Assembly (NCBI GenBank): GCA_034430695.1
Contig: DAOUEE010000158.1
Coordinates: forward strand, 1 to 64,000
From: Anaerolineales bacterium
GTDB lineage: Bacteria; Chloroflexota; Anaerolineae; Anaerolineales; E44-bin32
Reading direction: 5' to 3'
Length of the DNA stretch: 64,000 bases
Shown here: positions 1-9,076 of the stretch, piece after piece
How the letters are laid out: each line of letters opens with the position of its first letter
How positions within the stretch are numbered: position 1 is the first letter of the stretch
Translations under genes and position numbers: made by a program
Notes under the pieces: generated by a model
The model's input: only the letters and a program-made list of their open reading frames with translations
What the model was told of the DNA's origin: nothing
Database searches by the model: none

Positions 1-378
1 ATAATCGTCGACGAAGCCAGCTTGATCGCCAGCGACGTCATCGTCGGCACGCAGATCGGCACGACCAACGAAGCCAAGGCGATTGAATTGGTCGGCGAGG
101 ATCGCGTCCAGAGTTACGACACCTTCGACCTGCCCATTCAGGCGCTCATTTCCGGCGACGTCGGTGCGGTCATCATGGACGAGGAAGCGGCTAAAGGATT
201 TGTCGATCAGAATCCGGATAAAATCATGCTCCTTACGAATCCGGTAACCGGAGCCGAGGAGCTCGGTTTCGTCTTCCCGCCGGGAAGCGGACTTGTAGAG
301 CCATTCAACTACGCCATCGCAGAACTCGACGCGAACGGCACGCTGGACATCCTTTACGACAGATATTGGGGTGAATAA
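1..378 (+). CDS. Amino-acid ABC transporter substrate-binding protein, C-terminal fragment (gene starts upstream of window)
   Basis: Frame-1 ORF is open from nt 1 and ends ...YDRYWGE*. It is followed by a cognate permease and ATPase. The type-2 periplasmic-binding-protein-like C-terminus is inferred from operon context. Confidence 0.55.
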   Translation: MIVDEASLIASDVIVGTQIGTTNEAKAIELVGEDRVQSYDTFDLPIQALISGDVGAVIMDEEAAKGFVDQNPDKIMLLTNPVTGAEELGFVFPPGSGLVEPFNYAIAELDANGTLDILYDRYWGE

Positions 379-397
379 GAATTACGAGCGGTACAAA

Positions 398-428
398 GGG
401 GCCGCGGGCTAACCGCGGCCCCTTTTTT
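398..428 (+). terminator. Rho-independent terminator (GGGGCCGCGG-gctaa-CCGCGGCCCC + TTTTTT)
   Basis: Perfect 10-bp GC stem, 5-nt loop and a T6 tract directly after the stop at 378. All seen in sequence. Confidence 0.7.
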
Positions 429-449
429 CTAACATGCTGGAGGGTTTTC

Positions 450-1403
450 TTGTCTGAATCCAATCCAAATTCTGCATACAAGCGGAAAGAACCGGGGATT
501 GTACCCGTCTCGACGCGTTTAAAGAATCTTCCGTGGTGGGCTCTTTTTTTGCTGTTTCTCGGTGTCCTGCTCGTGTATGCAATTATTAATCGCGAAAATT
601 ATCGGGACGCTTTCGAGTTCATCGCCCCGGGTTTACAGGTAACCCTGACGGCCAGTGTGATTGCTTTCGCCATCGCCCTTGTAGTCGGTTTGATCATGGG
701 CATGGGACGCATCTCCTCGAACCCTATTACATACAACATTGCGACTTTCTACGTCGAAGTCGTGCGCGGCATCCCCATGATCGTAATCATTATCTACGTT
801 GCTTTCGTATTGGTGCCGCTCGTCGTTCAGGGAGCGAATGGCCTCGGCAATCTCATCCTCGAAACGAATTGGCTTTCATTTCTCAAAGGATTTGGCACAA
901 CTATGTCCACCCTGGACATCACGCAAATCGATCCGCTCGTGCGCGCAATCGCCGGGTTGGCCTTTGGATACGGCGCATACGAAGCGGAAGTATTCCGAGC
1001 GGGCATCCAATCGATCGAGCGTGGTCAGATGGAGGCGGCGCGTTCGTTGGGCATGAACTATTTCCAGGCGATGCGTCACGTCATCCTCCCGCAAGCCATC
1101 CGTGTGATCCTTCCACCCCTCGGGAACGACCTCATTGCCATGCTGAAAGACTCTTCCCTCATCTCGGTTCTCGCCGTCCGTGACTTGACGCAGTTGGGAA
1201 AGCTGAATCGCTCGCGCACGTTTCGAACCTTCGAAACCTGGAATACGGTCACTTACCTGTACCTCTCCATGACGCTGCTGGGTTCGATGGGAGTGAAGAT
1301 CCTGGAAAAGCGATTACAATCCGGAGAAGCTATCACGACTTCCATCAACAACGTATTTCGCCAGTTAAGACAAAGCCTGACTCGGAAACAAGTCATCGAT
1401 TGA
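450..1403 (+). CDS. Polar amino-acid ABC transporter permease (HisM/GlnP family)
   Basis: TTG start with GGAGGG RBS at 438-443. Multiple TM helices. The EAA-like loop '[26 protein letters not shown]' is typical of the His/Gln/Glu permease family. Confidence 0.85.
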   Translation: MSESNPNSAYKRKEPGIVPVSTRLKNLPWWALFLLFLGVLLVYAIINRENYRDAFEFIAPGLQVTLTASVIAFAIALVVGLIMGMGRISSNPITYNIATFYVEVVRGIPMIVIIIYVAFVLVPLVVQGANGLGNLILETNWLSFLKGFGTTMSTLDITQIDPLVRAIAGLAFGYGAYEAEVFRAGIQSIERGQMEAARSLGMNYFQAMRHVILPQAIRVILPPLGNDLIAMLKDSSLISVLAVRDLTQLGKLNRSRTFRTFETWNTVTYLYLSMTLLGSMGVKILEKRLQSGEAITTSINNVFRQLRQSLTRKQVID

Positions 1404-1440
1404 AAATTTTCATCCGTCACAGCAAAGGAGTTACCGTACG

Positions 1441-2178
1441 TTGAGCGAAAAGATCATCGAAATTCGGAACGTGTCCAAAAGCTTCAAACACGTCCAAGCC
1501 TTATCGGATATCAGTCTCGACGTCAATCGAGGTGAAGTCGTCTTCATCTTCGGACCGAGTGGCGGGGGAAAATCGACCTTGTTGCGATGCATCAACCGTC
1601 TCGAAACCGTCGACGAAGGCGAAATCATCGTCGATGGAATCCGTGTTACGGATGCGAAACCCGATCTGGATAGTCTGCGGGCTGAAGTGGGAATGGTTTT
1701 CCAATTGTTCAACCTTTTTCCCCACATAACGGTACTCAACAACATAACACTGGCCCAAGAACTGATTCGCAAACGCGATCGCGCAGAGGCGTGTGAAATT
1801 GCCATGAACCTGCTCAAACGCGTTGGCCTGCCCGAGAAGGCGGATGCCTTTCCCGACCAGCTCTCTGGTGGGCAAAAGCAGCGTGTTGCAATCGCTCGCG
1901 CGCTTGCCATGAATCCGAAAATCATGCTCTTCGACGAACCCACTTCAGCGTTGGACGCCGAGATGATACGTGAGGTATTGGACGTGATGATGGTGCTGGC
2001 TCAGGAAGGGATGACGATGGTCGTCGTTTCACACGAGATGGGTTTTGCAAAAGCGGCATCCGATCGGATGATCTTCCTGGCCGAAGGTAAACTCATCGAG
2101 CAAGGTCCGACGGATGAAATTTATGCCCATCCCAAAGAGGCAAGGACTAAAGCGTTTTTCGACCAAATCCTCTATTAG
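1441..2178 (+). CDS. Amino-acid ABC transporter ATP-binding protein (GlnQ/HisP-like)
   Basis: TTG start with AAGGAG RBS at 1425-1430. Walker [10 protein letters not shown], signature [15 protein letters not shown], Walker [12 protein letters not shown]. Confidence 0.9.
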   Translation: MSEKIIEIRNVSKSFKHVQALSDISLDVNRGEVVFIFGPSGGGKSTLLRCINRLETVDEGEIIVDGIRVTDAKPDLDSLRAEVGMVFQLFNLFPHITVLNNITLAQELIRKRDRAEACEIAMNLLKRVGLPEKADAFPDQLSGGQKQRVAIARALAMNPKIMLFDEPTSALDAEMIREVLDVMMVLAQEGMTMVVVSHEMGFAKAASDRMIFLAEGKLIEQGPTDEIYAHPKEARTKAFFDQILY

Positions 2179-2222
2179 GGGAAAAAGTAAGGGGATGCAT
2201 TCTTGCATCCCTCTTGTGAGAG

Positions 2223-2304
2223 TGCGCTGGGCGGGGGTCGAACCCGCACGCCTTGCGGCACATGGCCCTCAACCATGCCTGTCTGCCAGTTCCAGCACCA
2301 GCGC
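2223..2304 (-). tRNA. tRNA-Leu (anticodon GAG), class II with long variable arm; CCA not encoded
   Basis: Reverse complement reads GCGCTGG-TG-CTGGAACTGGCAGACAG-GCATGG-TTGAGGG-CCATG-(variable arm)-GCGGGTTCGACCCCCGC-CCAGCGC-A. The 7-bp acceptor stem pairs perfectly. The T-loop is TTCGACC. The anticodon loop TTGAGGG gives GAG. The D-loop AACTGGCAGA resembles Leu tRNAs. Confidence 0.75.
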
Positions 2305-2458
2305 GTGATCGTAATTTTTTAATTCTGCGGTATTATAGCCCAGGCACGACGATTGTCAACATATGCGCAGGACACCATTATGAATTCCAGCGGTTGTAAT
2401 ATATGTCTGCGCTCATGGAACGATAGATGATTTATATATTGATTGGAGGGTATTCCCG

Positions 2459-3478
2459 ATGCGAATCGTAGTTGACGCGATGGGCAGCGATAATCATCCT
2501 CAACCGGAAATCGATGCCGTGATACAAGCCGCAGAGTACTGGACTGAGCCGATCCTTTTGGTGGGCCAGAAGGAACTCCTCCAGCCGATACTCGACGCTC
2601 GAAAGATACCCTCTGAACTCGTCGAGGTCGTCCATGCACCCGAAGTGCTCGAGATGACCGACAAACCGGCTTCTGCAGCACGCGGCAAATCCACGAATTC
2701 CATGGCCGTTGGAATGGATTTGTTGAAGAGCGGCAAGGCAGACGCATTTGTCACGGCAGGCAACACCGGCGGTGCGATGGCCAATGCGCTGTTTCGCATC
2801 GGCAGGATCCGTGGTGTTAAGCGGCCCGCCGTCACCGGAGGCATTCCCGTCCAAGGTGGTTTCGCCGTCGTACTCGATATCGGCGCAAATGCGGATTGCA
2901 AGCCGGAATACCTGTATCAATTCGCCATCATGGGTGTTGTCTATGCCGAGAAGGTCTTTGGCATCGAGAAACCAAGAGTGGCGCTGCTCTCGAACGGCGA
3001 AGAACCCGGGAAGGGCAATATGCTGATCAAGGAGACGTTTCCAATCCTAGAAGCTTCCGATTTGAATTTCATCGGCAACGTCGAACCAAAAGAAGTCTAT
3101 CGGGGGGAGGCCGACGTTATCGTGAGTGACGGTTTTTCCGGGAACGTGTTCATCAAAACCAGCGAAGCCGTTGCCAGTTTCCTGATCAATACCATTCGCT
3201 CCGAGATCAAACAATCACCGGTCTCTTCCGTCGGAGGTCTGTTGGCAAAACCCGCCTTCAGCCGGGTTGGAAAGAAGCTCGATTCCTCCGAGTACGGGGC
3301 TGCACTGCTTCTCGGCGTGGATGCGTTGGTTTTCATCGGCCATGGCCGATCGGATAAAAAAGCGATGTTCAACGCAATTCGCATGGCCAGGCAAGCCGTT
3401 CAAAAAGACGTTCTTGAGGCCGTTCGGAAGGCGATTCAATCCCGTCTCGATGTCGTGCGCAATAAGGAGACAGAATGA
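2459..3478 (+). CDS. plsX: Phosphate acyltransferase PlsX
   Basis: MRIVVDAMGSDNHP... is a hallmark PlsX N-terminus. It is 339 aa and overlaps the fabF start (ATGA). Confidence 0.9.
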   Translation: MRIVVDAMGSDNHPQPEIDAVIQAAEYWTEPILLVGQKELLQPILDARKIPSELVEVVHAPEVLEMTDKPASAARGKSTNSMAVGMDLLKSGKADAFVTAGNTGGAMANALFRIGRIRGVKRPAVTGGIPVQGGFAVVLDIGANADCKPEYLYQFAIMGVVYAEKVFGIEKPRVALLSNGEEPGKGNMLIKETFPILEASDLNFIGNVEPKEVYRGEADVIVSDGFSGNVFIKTSEAVASFLINTIRSEIKQSPVSSVGGLLAKPAFSRVGKKLDSSEYGAALLLGVDALVFIGHGRSDKKAMFNAIRMARQAVQKDVLEAVRKAIQSRLDVVRNKETE

Positions 3479-4728
3479 TTACTGGCCGCCGCCGTGTAGC
3501 AGTTACCGGATTGGGGGTGGTTACGTGTCTTGGTTCGGATGTCGAACAATTCTGGCAAGCGCTGCTCAAGGGTGAATCCGGCGTTCGACGCATCAACACA
3601 TTCGATACTTCAGATTTACCCTGCCAGATCGCCGGCCAGATACAAGATTTCGACCCGGGGGATTTCATTCCCGTAAAACAAGCGCGACGAATGTCGAGAG
3701 TATCTAAATTGTCTTTGGTCGCCGCGCATAAGGCCGTTACCGATTCCAAACTGCCTCTGCCCCTGGAGAATCCCGAGCGCGTGGGAGTATATTTCGGCAC
3801 GGCGATTGGCGGGCTGGAACGCGCAGATGAAGGTCTCCAACAGATGCGAAGCACGGGATGGTCACACGTAAATCCTTTCATCATCCCCTCCGCACTGCCT
3901 AACATGCCTGCATTCCATGTCACGTTGCATTACGGTGCATATGGTCCCAACTGTACCTACACCACGGCTTGCGCGACGGGAACCCAGGCCGTCGGTGAAG
4001 CCGCACACGCCATTCGCTATGGCAAGGCAGATGCCGTGATCGCAGGTGGTGCAGAAGGCATGATCCAGCGCTACACTGTCGCCGGATTCGCAAACATGCG
4101 GGCTTTACCTACAAGTTACAACGATGATCCGGAACGTGCGTCCCGGCCGTTCGACGCCAAGCGGGAAGGATTCGTGTTCTCTGAAGGCGCTGCATTTCTC
4201 GTTCTCGAGAGTCTGGAACACGCACGTGAGCGTAATGCAAAAATCTACGCAGAATTAGCTGGATATGCTTGTTCCAATGACGCCTATCACGTCGCAGCAC
4301 CGGATCCCTCTGCCGCCGGCGCCACGCGCACCATGGAGTGGGCGATCCGGGATGCGGGCATCCTACCCGAACAGATCAGTTATATCAACGCGCATGGCAC
4401 GTCGACGCCTGCCAACGACGCCATGGAGACGAAAGCGATCAAGAAGTTGTTCGGTGAACACGCCTATCGGTTGCCGATCTCTTCGACGAAATCGATGATC
4501 GGTCACGCCATGGGAGGCTCCGGAGCCATCGAAGCCGTGGTCTGCGCGCTGAGCATCGACCGGGGCAAGATTCATGGTACGCTGAATTACGAGTACCCGG
4601 ATCCGGAACTCGATCTGGATTACGTGACGGATGGCATGCGGGAATTAAACTACCTCGATTCTGCGCTTTCAAACTCCTTTGGTTTGGGAGGCCAAAATGC
4701 TTGCATCGTGCTTCGTCGCATCGATTGA
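3475..4728 (+). CDS. fabF: 3-oxoacyl-ACP synthase II (KAS II)
   Basis: Has the N-terminal VAVTGLGVVTCLG motif. The active-site Cys sits in YTTACATG. Catalytic His residues sit in HGTSTPAND and MIGHAMGGSG. Length is 417 aa. Confidence 0.9.
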   Translation: MITGRRRVAVTGLGVVTCLGSDVEQFWQALLKGESGVRRINTFDTSDLPCQIAGQIQDFDPGDFIPVKQARRMSRVSKLSLVAAHKAVTDSKLPLPLENPERVGVYFGTAIGGLERADEGLQQMRSTGWSHVNPFIIPSALPNMPAFHVTLHYGAYGPNCTYTTACATGTQAVGEAAHAIRYGKADAVIAGGAEGMIQRYTVAGFANMRALPTSYNDDPERASRPFDAKREGFVFSEGAAFLVLESLEHARERNAKIYAELAGYACSNDAYHVAAPDPSAAGATRTMEWAIRDAGILPEQISYINAHGTSTPANDAMETKAIKKLFGEHAYRLPISSTKSMIGHAMGGSGAIEAVVCALSIDRGKIHGTLNYEYPDPELDLDYVTDGMRELNYLDSALSNSFGLGGQNACIVLRRID

Positions 4729-4776
4729 GGTATCGTCCTTTCCAGGAGACAGTATGTGTCAGGAGGCACCTGAGAC

Positions 4777-6069
4777 GTGACGAAAAACCGTAGCGCCCAT
4801 TCTGGAGCTTCACCAAGTACGACAAATCGCCGGGTCGTGATCACCGGTCTGGGCATGATCACCCCGGTCGGCCTCAATATGGAGGACACATGGACCGCAT
4901 TCAAGGCCGGAAGATCCGGCGTGGTCCGCATCACTTCGCTGGACGCCAGCAAATACCCATGTCAGATCGCAGGCGAACTCAAGGGATTTGATCCCCTTAA
5001 TTACATACCGGCCAAGAAAACGCGTAACATGGCTTCCTCCAGCCAACTTGCAGTGGCTGTGGCCACGGAAGCGCTCGAAGATTCATTCCTGGATCTCGAT
5101 CGCATCAATCGCGACGACGTCGCCGTAATCCTCGGTCACGCCGGTGGAATGAGCGTCGAAGAAACTGAAAAATCAATCCAACAGTTGGCTTCGAGCCGTC
5201 TGGGACGTTTATCTCCTTTCCAAATTTTAAAGGGCTGGCCGAATACACCCTCGTACTTTATTGCCGAGAAATATCAATTCCGCGGCTACAACAGTACCGT
5301 GACCACGGCCTGCGCCGCGGCGACACAGGCGATCGGTGACGCAATGCGTCTCATTCGTTTGGGGGAATTCGATGTTGCCGTCACCGGCGGCGCGGAATAC
5401 ATGGTATCCGAGATCGCGCTGGCCGGCTTTTGTGCCATGCGTGCTTTGGCGACGAATTACAACGACGATCCCCCAAAAGCCATGCGGCCGTTCGATGCCG
5501 ACCGGGAAGGCTTTGTTTCCGCCGGTGGAGCCGGCATTTTGATTCTCGAAGAGTTGGAGCACGCACTTGCTCGTGACGCTCGTATCTATGCGGAAATTCT
5601 CGGCGCGGGGGTTTCCAACGACGCCTTTCACATGATCATACCGGATCCGGATGGCACTGGCGCAGCACTTGCGATTCAGCGCAGTCTCGAAGATGCCCGC
5701 CTATCGATTGAGGCTATCGACTACATCAACGCTCACGGCACTTCAACACCTGTTGGGGACATTGCCGAGACAAAAGCGATCAAGCAGGTGTTTGGGGAAA
5801 GAGCCTACGACATCCCCATTAGTTCAACCAAATCCATGATCGGACATGCCATGGGAGCTTCGGGCTCGATCGAGGCGATCGCTTGTGCGCTCACCATCCG
5901 CGACGAAATCATCCATCCCACCATCAATTACGAAACGCCGGATCCCGAGTGCGATCTGGATTATGTCCCCAATCAAGCACGCGAAGCCAGGATCGACGTC
6001 GCCCTATCCAATTCATTCGGCCTCGGCGGTCAAAACGCTTGTCTGCTGATAGGCCGTTTCGAAGGTTAA
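4777..6069 (+). CDS. Second 3-oxoacyl-ACP synthase II paralogue (FabF-like)
   Basis: GTG start. Has VVITGLGMITPVG, TTACAAATQAIGD (Cys), HGTSTPVGD and MIGHAMGASG. The full Cys-His-His triad is retained. It carries a 17-aa N-terminal extension. Confidence 0.85.
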   Translation: MTKNRSAHSGASPSTTNRRVVITGLGMITPVGLNMEDTWTAFKAGRSGVVRITSLDASKYPCQIAGELKGFDPLNYIPAKKTRNMASSSQLAVAVATEALEDSFLDLDRINRDDVAVILGHAGGMSVEETEKSIQQLASSRLGRLSPFQILKGWPNTPSYFIAEKYQFRGYNSTVTTACAAATQAIGDAMRLIRLGEFDVAVTGGAEYMVSEIALAGFCAMRALATNYNDDPPKAMRPFDADREGFVSAGGAGILILEELEHALARDARIYAEILGAGVSNDAFHMIIPDPDGTGAALAIQRSLEDARLSIEAIDYINAHGTSTPVGDIAETKAIKQVFGERAYDIPISSTKSMIGHAMGASGSIEAIACALTIRDEIIHPTINYETPDPECDLDYVPNQAREARIDVALSNSFGLGGQNACLLIGRFEG

Positions 6070-6112
6070 CTCCCAGAAGCGAATTCCAACAGGCTACAGA
6101 CACGAAAAGAAA

Positions 6113-6134
6113 GCGCCGGGCAAATGCCCGGCGC
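6113..6134. terminator. Bidirectional terminator hairpin (GCGCCGGGC-aaat-GCCCGGCGC) between convergent fabF' and SPFH genes
   Basis: A 9-bp perfect GC stem. It is flanked by a T-rich run on the minus strand (TTTCTTTTC) and CGTCGTTTATGTT on the plus strand. Confidence 0.6.
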
Positions 6135-6157
6135 CGTCGTTTATGTTAGTCGGAAAT

Positions 6158-7192
6158 TCACTCACTCAGAAAGCCGTCCAGGGCTTCTTTGCTGATGCGG
6201 TACGCTTTGCCAATCTTCTTGGCCTTCAAATCCCCCGCTTCGATGGCGGCGATCACGTCCTCTTCTGCGACCTTCAAGTACGCTGCCGCTTCCGAGGGAG
6301 TCATCACGTCCGGCACACTCGCGGCTCCACCACCTTGCTCCGCACCTGCATTTCGTCCACGGATCGCGTCCGACAGTGCGTCCCCGATGCCCATTCCTGC
6401 ACCGATCCCGGCGGTCAGGCCTGCACCACCGGAAGGATTCTGCGCCGCATCGCGCATGGCGTCAGCAGCTTGAAGTTGGGTGTACGTCGCCATGTCGAGC
6501 ATGCCCATTGCGCGCAGCTCTTCGGCGGATTTATCCGAAGGTTTGAGGCTTTCGATGTAAAAAGACTTCAAAGTCAAACCAAGCGCCTTGAAATCATCTT
6601 GAGCTTTGGCCCGTACTCCAGCGCCGAGCTCCTCCACCAATCCGATCAGTTCCGGGACTGTCTTGGCGCTTGTCGTCTCGCCGAGCAGATCCTGCAGCTT
6701 TGAGAGCAGCATGGATCGCAGCCGGCCTTGAATTTCCTTCGTTGAGTAGATACCTGCCGTACCCACGACTTGTGTGACAAATTGCTGCGCATCGAAGATT
6801 TGAAAACTGTAGGTGCCGTATCCCTGAAGCAGCGCTACGCCCAAAGCCATGCCTGGATTGCGAACCAGAATGGGTTGCGGCGTACCCCACTTTTGATCCA
6901 CGAATTCACGCATTGATACGAAGTAGACCTCTGCTGTGAATGGTGAACGTCCCTTGAAGGCCGTCCCCAGCAGATCGATGAGCAAGGGGATGTTTGCCGT
7001 ACTTATCGTGTGGCGTCCTGCGCTAAAAGTATCCAACGCCTTCCCGTCTCGGAAGAACACCGCATTCTGTGCTTCCCTCACGATGACCTGACTGCCAATA
7101 CGGAAATCCCCCGCTCCACTATCCGGTATGCGATGAACGATCTCATCGCGCATTTCATCCGGGTTTTCAACAACGTCGAATATCCGAGCCAT
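6158..7192 (-). CDS. SPFH/Band-7-like (PF13421-type) protein with Gly-rich linker and C-terminal excisionase-type HTH (HTH_17-like)
   Basis: The N-terminal 250 aa resemble the SPFH 'Band_7_1' family (YdjI-like). The C-terminus 'MTPSEAAAYLKVAEEDVIAAIEAGDLKAKKIGKAYRISKEALDGFL' matches the excisionase/MerR-like HTH pattern. Confidence 0.65.
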   Translation of the reverse strand: MARIFDVVENPDEMRDEIVHRIPDSGAGDFRIGSQVIVREAQNAVFFRDGKALDTFSAGRHTISTANIPLLIDLLGTAFKGRSPFTAEVYFVSMREFVDQKWGTPQPILVRNPGMALGVALLQGYGTYSFQIFDAQQFVTQVVGTAGIYSTKEIQGRLRSMLLSKLQDLLGETTSAKTVPELIGLVEELGAGVRAKAQDDFKALGLTLKSFYIESLKPSDKSAEELRAMGMLDMATYTQLQAADAMRDAAQNPSGGAGLTAGIGAGMGIGDALSDAIRGRNAGAEQGGGAASVPDVMTPSEAAAYLKVAEEDVIAAIEAGDLKAKKIGKAYRISKEALDGFLSE

Positions 7193-7208
7193 GTTATTCT
7201 CTCCTCAT

Positions 7209-7736
7209 TTATTCAAGTTCGCCGGCTTCGAGGATGACCTCGTCGCGTCGATCATACGCAGCGATTGCTTGCTGGCAAACGGTAACCAGATTGTGAATGG
7301 AATCCGGCAGCTCTTCTGTGTCCATTGCGGATGTGAGCCCGTCGATAGCTGCAGATACTTCATTCACACCTTCCAGCAACGCGAGATCAAACTGGTAGAG
7401 TCTGTCCAATTCTTCTTGATTGATGCGAACCGCATCGAAAAATCCCGCATATCCATACGACGAACCAGCGATGCGATCGATAAATCCACGAAGTTTGACG
7501 GCCGCCGATTCGATATCATCGACGTACTCGAGTTTTCCTTCGGAGACCAGTTGCCTTTGCAGCTCCGAAATGCGGCTCCACTGTTCCTCATAGCGTTCAG
7601 CGACAGTTTCGCGCAGCATTTTATCGGCATCTCTTCGCCGTTCCCTATCGTAATACCCGAAAAAGCCTGCAATGAAATTCTGGATTTTACCGACTAAATC
7701 TTTTCCCTCCGTGGCTTTCTCCATGGGATCGCCCAT
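7209..7736 (-). CDS. Hypothetical acidic helical protein, operonic with the SPFH-HTH gene
   Basis: 175-aa ORF lying 17 nt upstream of the SPFH gene on the same strand. I recognised no motif. Confidence 0.45.
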   Translation of the reverse strand: MGDPMEKATEGKDLVGKIQNFIAGFFGYYDRERRRDADKMLRETVAERYEEQWSRISELQRQLVSEGKLEYVDDIESAAVKLRGFIDRIAGSSYGYAGFFDAVRINQEELDRLYQFDLALLEGVNEVSAAIDGLTSAMDTEELPDSIHNLVTVCQQAIAAYDRRDEVILEAGELE

Positions 7737-7982
7737 GATTCACTCCTTGTAGCTTTATGCATCTTCCAAGCGGTCTGATCAGATTATAGCTTGTCCCAGT
7801 TCGAGCAGCAACCGAAACCATCTTACCCGATATTCACGAGAGCTTACATAGTACTTCGATATGCGCCCATCCCGAGTATAATCTACGCAATCTGGGTGTC
7901 GGCGTTGTGAGAAATCGGATGTTGCAGATATCGTCTGCAGCATCGTTCTACCATCACCATCCGCAGTAGATGAGTCTACGAA

Positions 7983-8486
7983 ATGCCGTTATCTGACCAG
8001 AACATCCAACCCGGGCGCTATTCCATCGTCCCGCGCACCCTCTGCTTCCTCCTGAAAGATGAGCAGCTGCTTCTGCTGCGTATCGCAGCAGATCGAGGGG
8101 CGTGGAGTGGAAAGCTCAACGGAATCGGCGGACACATTCAACGCGGCGAAGATCCACTGACTTCAGCCAAGCGTGAAATCCAGGAGGAAACCGGTCTGAA
8201 GCCCTCGACTTTACGCCTGTGTGGCGTAGTGATTGTCGACGTGCAAGAGGAAACCGGTATTGGTCTTTACGTCTTCGTCGGGGAAAGTCCATCCGCAGAG
8301 ATTCGACCCAGCCCGGAAGGCGAACCGCTTTGGTTTCCGTTGAAGTCCCTCCACGATCTGGATTTGGTGGAGGACCTGCCCATAATAATCCCGCGGGCGC
8401 TTGACTGCTACCGATCGGGGGAGCCATTTTCTGCCGCGTACCGCTACGACGAAGAGGGGAAACTAACTATCGATTTGATGCCGTGA
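7983..8486 (+). CDS. NUDIX hydrolase
   Basis: Nudix box GGHIQRGEDPLTSAKREIQEETGL (GX5EX7REUXEEXGU). Confidence 0.8.
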   Translation: MPLSDQNIQPGRYSIVPRTLCFLLKDEQLLLLRIAADRGAWSGKLNGIGGHIQRGEDPLTSAKREIQEETGLKPSTLRLCGVVIVDVQEETGIGLYVFVGESPSAEIRPSPEGEPLWFPLKSLHDLDLVEDLPIIIPRALDCYRSGEPFSAAYRYDEEGKLTIDLMP

Positions 8487-8490
8487 GCGA

Positions 8491-9054
8491 TCATTCGTCC
8501 CCGCGTAGATAGAAAATCAAAAGTGTATTCCCGTACTTCCTTCGATCGAACTCCGCAAGATGCTGTAAATCAAGTGCTTCAGCTTCCTTCGGGTGCATTT
8601 GGGCGATCACCCAGGCATCCGGATTGAGTAAACTTGGGTTGGAGTCAATCGTTTTTACGGCCCGCAACCAGAGCCCTTTGTACTGCGGCGGCGCAACGTA
8701 CACGTAGTCGAACGGTTCTTCAACGTTACGAGAGAGAAGCGATAATGCGTCGGTGTGTAAAACCCGCGCTTTCGATTGAAATCCAGTCAGCTCTAGATTC
8801 TTTTCGACGGTTTCGATTGCGCGGCGGTTGTTATCCACGAATACGACTTGCCGTGCCCCCCGGCTGATCGCCTCGATGCCGACACTTCCCGTTCCCGCAA
8901 ACAGATCTAAAAATGTGCTTCCATCAATTTCAAGGCCGATAATGTTGAAAAGCGCTTCTTTTACTCGATCACCAATAGGACGCACCCCTCGATCCGGAAC
9001 GCGGAGTAATTTGCGCCCTTTTGCCTCCCCGGCAATCACACGGATTCCACTCAT
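8491..9054 (-). CDS. rsmD: 16S rRNA (guanine966-N2)-methyltransferase RsmD
   Basis: The 187-aa size, the start MSGIRVIAGEAKGRKL..., the SAM-binding motif FLDLFAGTGSVGIEA and the VAPPQY motif are typical of RsmD. Confidence 0.8.
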   Translation of the reverse strand: MSGIRVIAGEAKGRKLLRVPDRGVRPIGDRVKEALFNIIGLEIDGSTFLDLFAGTGSVGIEAISRGARQVVFVDNNRRAIETVEKNLELTGFQSKARVLHTDALSLLSRNVEEPFDYVYVAPPQYKGLWLRAVKTIDSNPSLLNPDAWVIAQMHPKEAEALDLQHLAEFDRRKYGNTLLIFYLRGDE

Positions 9055-9076
9055 CCTATATTATCTCGTATTATGG

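Noticed and set aside
2114-2308. 64-aa plus-strand ORF
   Set aside because: It overlaps the tRNA-Leu on the opposite strand. No coding signal.
6143-6703. 186-aa plus-strand ORF
   Set aside because: Antisense to the SPFH-HTH gene.
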